Both the position numbers and the translations under genes were made by a program. The notes beneath the pieces were generated by a model. The model was not told where the DNA came from and searched no databases. It worked only from the letters and a program-made list of their open reading frames with translations. From Eledone cirrhosa (Eukaryota), in NCBI GenBank assembly GCA_964016885.1, contig OZ024740.1, positions 432,760,001-432,824,000 of the forward strand: a stretch of 64,000 nucleotides of DNA. The letters run 5' to 3'. Below, piece after piece: positions 58,001 through 64,000 of this stretch (positions within the stretch are counted from its first letter, which is position 1; every line of letters begins with the position of its first letter).

Positions 58001-61000
58001 GAGACTTGATATGTGACAGAACCACAGAAGCAGTAAGAATGGAGACTTGATATGTGACAGAACCACAGAAGCAGTAAGAATGGAGACTTGGTATGTGACA
58101 GAACCACATAATCAGTAAGAATGGAGACTTGATATGTGACAGAACCACAGAAGCAGTAAGAATGGAGACTTGATATGTGACAGAACCACACAATCAGTAA
58201 GAATGGAGACTTGATATGTGACAGAACCACAGAAGCAGTAAGAATGGAGACTTGGTATGTGACAGAACCACAGAAGCAGTAAGAATGGAGACTTGGTATG
58301 TGACAGAACCACAGAAGCAGTAAGAATGGAGACTTGATATGTGACAGAACCACAGAATCAGTAAAAATGGAGACTTGATATGTGACAGAACCACATAAGC
58401 AGTAAGAATGGAGACTTGATATGTCACAGAACCACACAATCAGTAAGAATGGAGACTTAATATGCGACAGAACCACAGAAGCAGGAAGAATGGAGACTTG
58501 ATATGTGACAGAACCACAGAAGCAGTAAGTATGGAGACTTGATATGTGACAGAACGACAGAAGCAGTAAGAATGGAGACTTGATATGTGACAGAACCACA
58601 GAATCAGTAAGAATGGAGACTTGATATGTAACAGAACCACAGAAGCAGTAAGAATGGAGACTTGTTATGTGACAGAACCACAGAAGCAGTAAGAATGGAG
58701 ACTTGATATGTAACAGAACCACACAATCAGTAAGAATGGAGACTTGATATGTGACAGAACCACACAAGCAGTAAGAATGGAGACTTGATATGTGACAGAA
58801 CCACAGAATCAGTAAGAATGGAGACTTGATATGTAACAGAACCACAGAAGCAGTAAGAATGGAGACTTGATATGTGACAGAACCACAGAATCAGTAAGAA
58901 TGGAGACTTGATATGTGACAGAACCACAAAAGCAGTAAGAATGGAGACTTGATATGTAACAGAACCACAGAATCAGTAAGAATGGAGACTTGATATGTGA
59001 CAGAACCACAGAATCAGTAAGAATGGAGACTTGATATGTGACAGAACCACAGAAGCAGTAAGAATGGAGACTTGATATGTGACAGAACCACAGAATCAGT
59101 AAGAATGGAGACTTGATATGTGACAGAACTACAGAAGCAGTAAGAATGGAGACTTGATATGTGACAGAACCACAGAATCAGTAAGAATGGAGACTTGATA
59201 TGTGACAGAACCACAGAATCAGTAAGAATGGAGACTTGGTATGTGACAGAACCAGATAAGCAGTAAGAATGGAGACTTGATATGTGACAGAACCACAGAA
59301 GCAGTAAGAATGGAGACTTGGTATGTGACAGAACCACAGAAGCAGTAAGAATGGAGACTTGATATGTGACAGAACCACATAAGCAGTAAGAATGGAGACT
59401 TGATATGTGACAGAACCACACAATCAGTAAGTATGGAGACTTAATATACGACAGAACCACAGAAGCAGTAAGAATGGAGACTTGATATGTGACAGAACCA
59501 CAGAAGCAGTAAGAATGGAGACTTGATATGTGACAGAACGACAGAAGCAGTAAGAATGGAGACTTGATACGTGACAGAACCACAGAATCAGTAAGAATGG
59601 AGACTTGATATGTAACAGAACCACAGAAGCAGTAAGAATGGAGACTTGATACGTGACAGAACCACAGAATCAGTAAGAATGGACACTTGATATGTGACAG
59701 AACCACACAATCAGTAAGAATGGAGACTTGATATGTAACAGAACCACAGAACCAGTAAGAATGGAGACTTGATATGTGACAGAACCACAGAAGCAGTAAG
59801 AATGGAGACTTGATATGTGACAGAACCACAGAAGCAGTAAGAATGGAGACTTGATATGTGACAGAACCACACAATTAGTAAGAATGGAGACTTGATATGT
59901 GACAGAACCACAGAATCAGTAAGAATGGAGACTTAATATGTGACAGAACCACAGAAGCAGTAAGAATGGAGACTTGATATGTGACAGAACCACAGAATCA
60001 GTAAGAATGTAGACTTAATATGTGACAGAACCACAGAAGCAGTAAGAATGGAGACTTGATATGTAACAGAACCACAGAATCAGTAATAATGGAGACTTGA
60101 TATGTGACAGAACCACAGAAGCAGTAAGAATGGAGACTTGATATGTGACAGAACCACAGAAGCAGTAAGAATGGAGACTTGATATGTGACAGAACCACAG
60201 AATCAGTAAAAATGGAGACTTGATATGTGACAGAACTACAGAAGCAGTAAGAATGGAGACTTGATATGTGACAGAACCACAGAATCAGTAAGAATGGAGA
60301 CTTGATATGTGACAGAACCACAGAATCAGTAAGAATGGAGACTTGGTATGTGACAGAACCAGATAAGCAGTAAGAATGGAGACTTGATATGTGACAGAAC
60401 CACAGAAGCAGTAAGAATGGAGACTTGATATGTGACAGAACCACAGAAGCAGTAAGAATGGAGACTTGGTATGTGACAGAACCACATAAGCAGTAAGAAT
60501 GGAGACTTGATATGTGACAGAACCACAGAAGCAGTAAGAATGGAGACTTGATATGTGACAGAACCACACAATCAGTAAGAATGGAGACTTGATATGTGAC
60601 AGAACCACAGAAGCAGTAAGAATGGAGACTTGGTATGTGACAGAACCACAGAAGCAGTAAGAATGGAGACTTGGTATGTGACAGAACCACAGAAGCAGTA
60701 AGAATGGAGACTTGATATGTGACAGAACCACAGAATCAGTAAAAATGGAGACTTGATATGTGACAGAACCACATAAGCAGTAAGAATGGAGACTTGATAT
60801 GTCACAGAACCACACAATCAGTAAGAATGGAGACTTAATATGCGACAGAACCACAGAAGCAGGAAGAATGGAGACTTGATATGTGACAGAACCACAGAAG
60901 CAGTAAGTATGGAGACTTGATATGTGACAGAACGACAGAAGCAGTAAGAATGGAGACTTGATATGTGACAGAACCACAGAATCAGTAAGAATGGAGACTT

Positions 61001-64000
61001 GATATGTAACAGAACCACAGAAGCAGTAAGAATGGAGACTTGTTATGTGACAGAACCACAGAAGCAGTAAGAATGGAGACTTGATATGTAACAGAACCAC
61101 ACAATCAGTAAGAATGGAGACTTGATATGTGACAGAACCACACAAGCAGTAAGAATGGAGACTTGATATGTGACAGAACCACAGAATCAGTAAGAATGGA
61201 GACTTGATATGTAACAGAACCACAGAAGCAGTAAGAATGGAGACTTGATATGTGACAGAACCACAGAATCAGTAAGAATGGAGACTTGATATGTGACAGA
61301 ACCACAAAAGCAGTAAGAATGGAGACTTGATATGTAACAGAACCACAGAATCAGTAAGAATGGAGACTTGATATGTGACAGAACCACAGAATCAGTAAGA
61401 ATGGAGACTTGATATGTGACAGAACCACAGAAGCAGTAAGAATGGAGACTTGATATGTGACAGAACCACAGAATCAGTAAGAATGGAGACTTGATATGTG
61501 ACAGAACTACAGAAGCAGTAAGAATGGAGACTTGATATGTGACAGAACCACAGAATCAGTAAGAATGGAGACTTGATATGTGACAGAACCACAGAATCAG
61601 TAAGAATGGAGACTTGGTATGTGACAGAACCAGATAAGCAGTAAGAATGGAGACTTGATATGTGACAGAACCACAGAAGCAGTAAGAATGGAGACTTGGT
61701 ATGTGACAGAACCACAGAAGCAGTAAGAATGGAGACTTGATATGTGACAGAACCACATAAGCAGTAAGAATGGAGACTTGATATGTGACAGAACCACACA
61801 ATCAGTAAGTATGGAGACTTAATATACGACAGAACCACAGAAGCAGTAAGAATGGAGACTTGATATGTGACAGAACCACAGAAGCAGTAAGAATGGAGAC
61901 TTGATATGTGACAGAACGACAGAAGCAGTAAGAATGGAGACTTGATACGTGACAGAACCACAGAATCAGTAAGAATGGAGACTTGATATGTGACAGAACC
62001 ACAGAAGCAGTAAGATTGGAGACTTGATATGTGACAGAACCACAGAATCAGTAAGAATGGAGACTTGATATGTGACAGAACCACACAATCAGTAAGAATG
62101 GAGACTTGATATGTGACAGAACCACACAATCAGTAAGAATGGAGACTTGATATGTGACAGAACCACAGAATCAGTAAAAATGGAGACTTGATATGTGACA
62201 GAACCACATAAGCAGTAAGAATGGAGACTTGATATGTGACAGAACCACACAATCAGTAAGAATGGAGACTTAATATGCGACAGAACCACAGAAGCAGTAA
62301 GAATGGAGACTTGATATGTGACAGAACTACAGAAGCAGTAAGAATGGAGACTTGATATGTGACAGAACCACAGAAGCAGTAAGTTTGGAGACTTGATATG
62401 TGACAGAACCACAGAATCAGTAAGAATGGAGACTTGATATGTGACAGAACCACACAATCAGTAAGAATGGAGACTTGATATGTGACAGAACCACACAATC
62501 AGTAAGAATGGAGACTTGATATGTGACAGAACCACAGAATCAGTAAAAATGGAGACTTGATATGTGACAGAACCACATAAGCAGTAAGAATGGAGACTTG
62601 ATATGTGACAGAACCACACAATCAGTAAGAATGGAGACTTAATATGCGACAGAACCACAGAAGCAGTAAGAATGGAGACTTGATATGTAACAGAACCACA
62701 GAATCAGTAATAATGGAGACTTGATATGTGACAGAACCACAGAAGCAGTAAGAATGGAGACTTGATATGTGACAGAACCACAGAAGCAGTAAGAATGGAG
62801 ACTTGATATGTGACAGAACCACAGAATCAGTAAAAATGGAGACTTGATATGTGACAGAACTACAGAAGCAGTAAGAATGGAGACTTGATATGTGACAGAA
62901 CCACAGAATCAGTAAGAATGGAGACTTGATATGTGACAGAACCACAGAATCAGTAAGAATGGAGACTTGGTATGTGACAGAACCAGATAAGCAGTAAGAA
63001 TGGAGACTTGATATGTGACAGAACCACAGAAGCAGTAAGAATGGAGACTTGATATGTGACAGAACCACAGAAGCAGTAAGAATGGAGACTTGGTATGTGA
63101 CAGAACCACATAATCAGTAAGAATGGAGACTTGATATGTGACAGAACCACAGAAGCAGTAAGAATGGAGACTTGATATGTGACAGAACCACACAATCAGT
63201 AAGAATGGAGACTTGATATGTGACAGAACCACAGAAGCAGTAAGAATGGAGACTTGGTATGTGACAGAACCACAGAAGCAGTAAGAATGGAGACTTGGTA
63301 TGTGACAGAACCACAGAAGCAGTAAGAATGGAGACTTGATATGTGACAGAACCACAGAATCAGTAAAAATGGAGACTTGATATGTGACAGAACCACATAA
63401 GCAGTAAGAATGGAGACTTGATATGTCACAGAACCACACAATCAGTAAGAATGGAGACTTAATATGCGACAGAACCACAGAAGCAGGAAGAATGGAGACT
63501 TGATATGTGACAGAACCACAGAAGCAGTAAGTATGGAGACTTGATATGTGACAGAACGACAGAAGCAGTAAGAATGGAGACTTGATATGTGACAGAACCA
63601 CAGAATCAGTAAGAATGGAGACTTGATATGTAACAGAACCACAGAAGCAGTAAGAATGGAGACTTGTTATGTGACAGAACCACAGAAGCAGTAAGAATGG
63701 AGACTTGATATGTAACAGAACCACACAATCAGTAAGAATGGAGACTTGATATGTGACAGAACCACACAAGCAGTAAGAATGGAGACTTGATATGTGACAG
63801 AACCACAGAATCAGTAAGAATGGAGACTTGATATGTAACAGAACCACAGAAGCAGTAAGAATGGAGACTTGATATGTGACAGAACCACAGAATCAGTAAG
63901 AATGGAGACTTGATATGTGACAGAACCACAAAAGCAGTAAGAATGGAGACTTGATATGTAACAGAACCACAGAATCAGTAAGAATGGAGACTTGATATGT
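55050..64000. repeat. Sub-domain D: 5,002-bp (122-monomer) duplication made of related 64- and 58-monomer halves
   Basis: Offsets: 55283->57907 = 2624 (64x41), 57907->60285 = 2378 (58x41), 60285->62909 = 2624. Markers: CTTGTTATG ~56037/58661/61039/63663, GTAAGTTTGG ~57377/62379, CATAATCAG ~58107/63109. Confidence 0.9.

Larger units (their letters stand above)
1..64000. repeat. 41-bp tandem satellite array, ~1,561 head-to-tail monomers, running off both window edges
   Basis: The unit CAGTAAGAATGGAGACTTGATATGTGACAGAACCACAGAAG recurs continuously. The first CAGTAAG is at 10 and the last at 63976, a distance of 63,966 = 1560x41 + 6. Most monomers differ from consensus by 0-3 substitutions. Common variants: pos38/41 GAAG/GAAT/CAAT, GTGAC>GTAAC, AACCAC>AACTAC, TGATAT>TGGTAT or TAATAT. 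Confidence 0.99.

Noticed and set aside
9-63929. All minus-strand ORFs (66-517 aa) as protein-coding genes
   Set aside because: They overlap in all three frames and encode the same permuted 41-aa string. They mostly start at repeat-internal GTG/TTG-type codons, end at polymorphic stops and match no domain I recognise.
1-64000. CRISPR array
   Set aside because: Monomers abut directly with no unique spacers, leader or cas genes; variation is limited to single-base changes.
1-64000. Telomerase repeat, G-quadruplex, hairpin/terminator or CENP-B box
   Set aside because: The consensus has no GGG runs, no substantial internal palindrome, no inverted monomers, and none of the CpG-containing TTCG...CGGG core of a CENP-B box.
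1-64000. Embedded transposon, tRNA/rRNA or unique insert
   Set aside because: Phase arithmetic (+6 bp, all accounted for) and reading the sequence leave no room for non-monomer sequence.
1-64000. Pure sequencing artefact or synthetic concatemer
   Set aside because: Rare variants are inherited in nested, collinear blocks at exact multiples of 41, as expected from real satellite evolution. Exact copy numbers still need read validation.

Overview
The whole 64,000-bp window is one uninterrupted, single-orientation tandem satellite array of a 41-bp monomer, consensus CAGTAAGAATGGAGACTTGATATGTGACAGAACCACA(G/C)AA(G/T). There are about 1,561 copies; the consensus is about 41% GC, 68% purine on the + strand and has no CpG. 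I see no unique sequence, gene, RNA gene, transposon, CRISPR spacer or inversion. Every ORF in the track is a by-product of the repeat: the minus strand of the G41 monomer has no stop codon in any frame. The real structure lies in the monomer variants, which define nested higher-order repeats (HORs) whose offsets are exact multiples of 41: 3-mer runs, 12/25/33-mer local duplications, a 79-mer (3,239 bp) HOR, 150-179-mer macro-duplications and two different 122-mer (~5.0 kb) duplications. These fall into roughly four sub-domains. Phase arithmetic shows a net +6 bp over the window, fully explained by six visible 42-bp monomers. This looks like a recently expanded, highly homogenised satellite, probably eukaryotic heterochromatin (inference). 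I cannot assign organism or satellite family from sequence alone, and I found no convincing novel protein-coding system. Domain and HOR boundaries are approximate.
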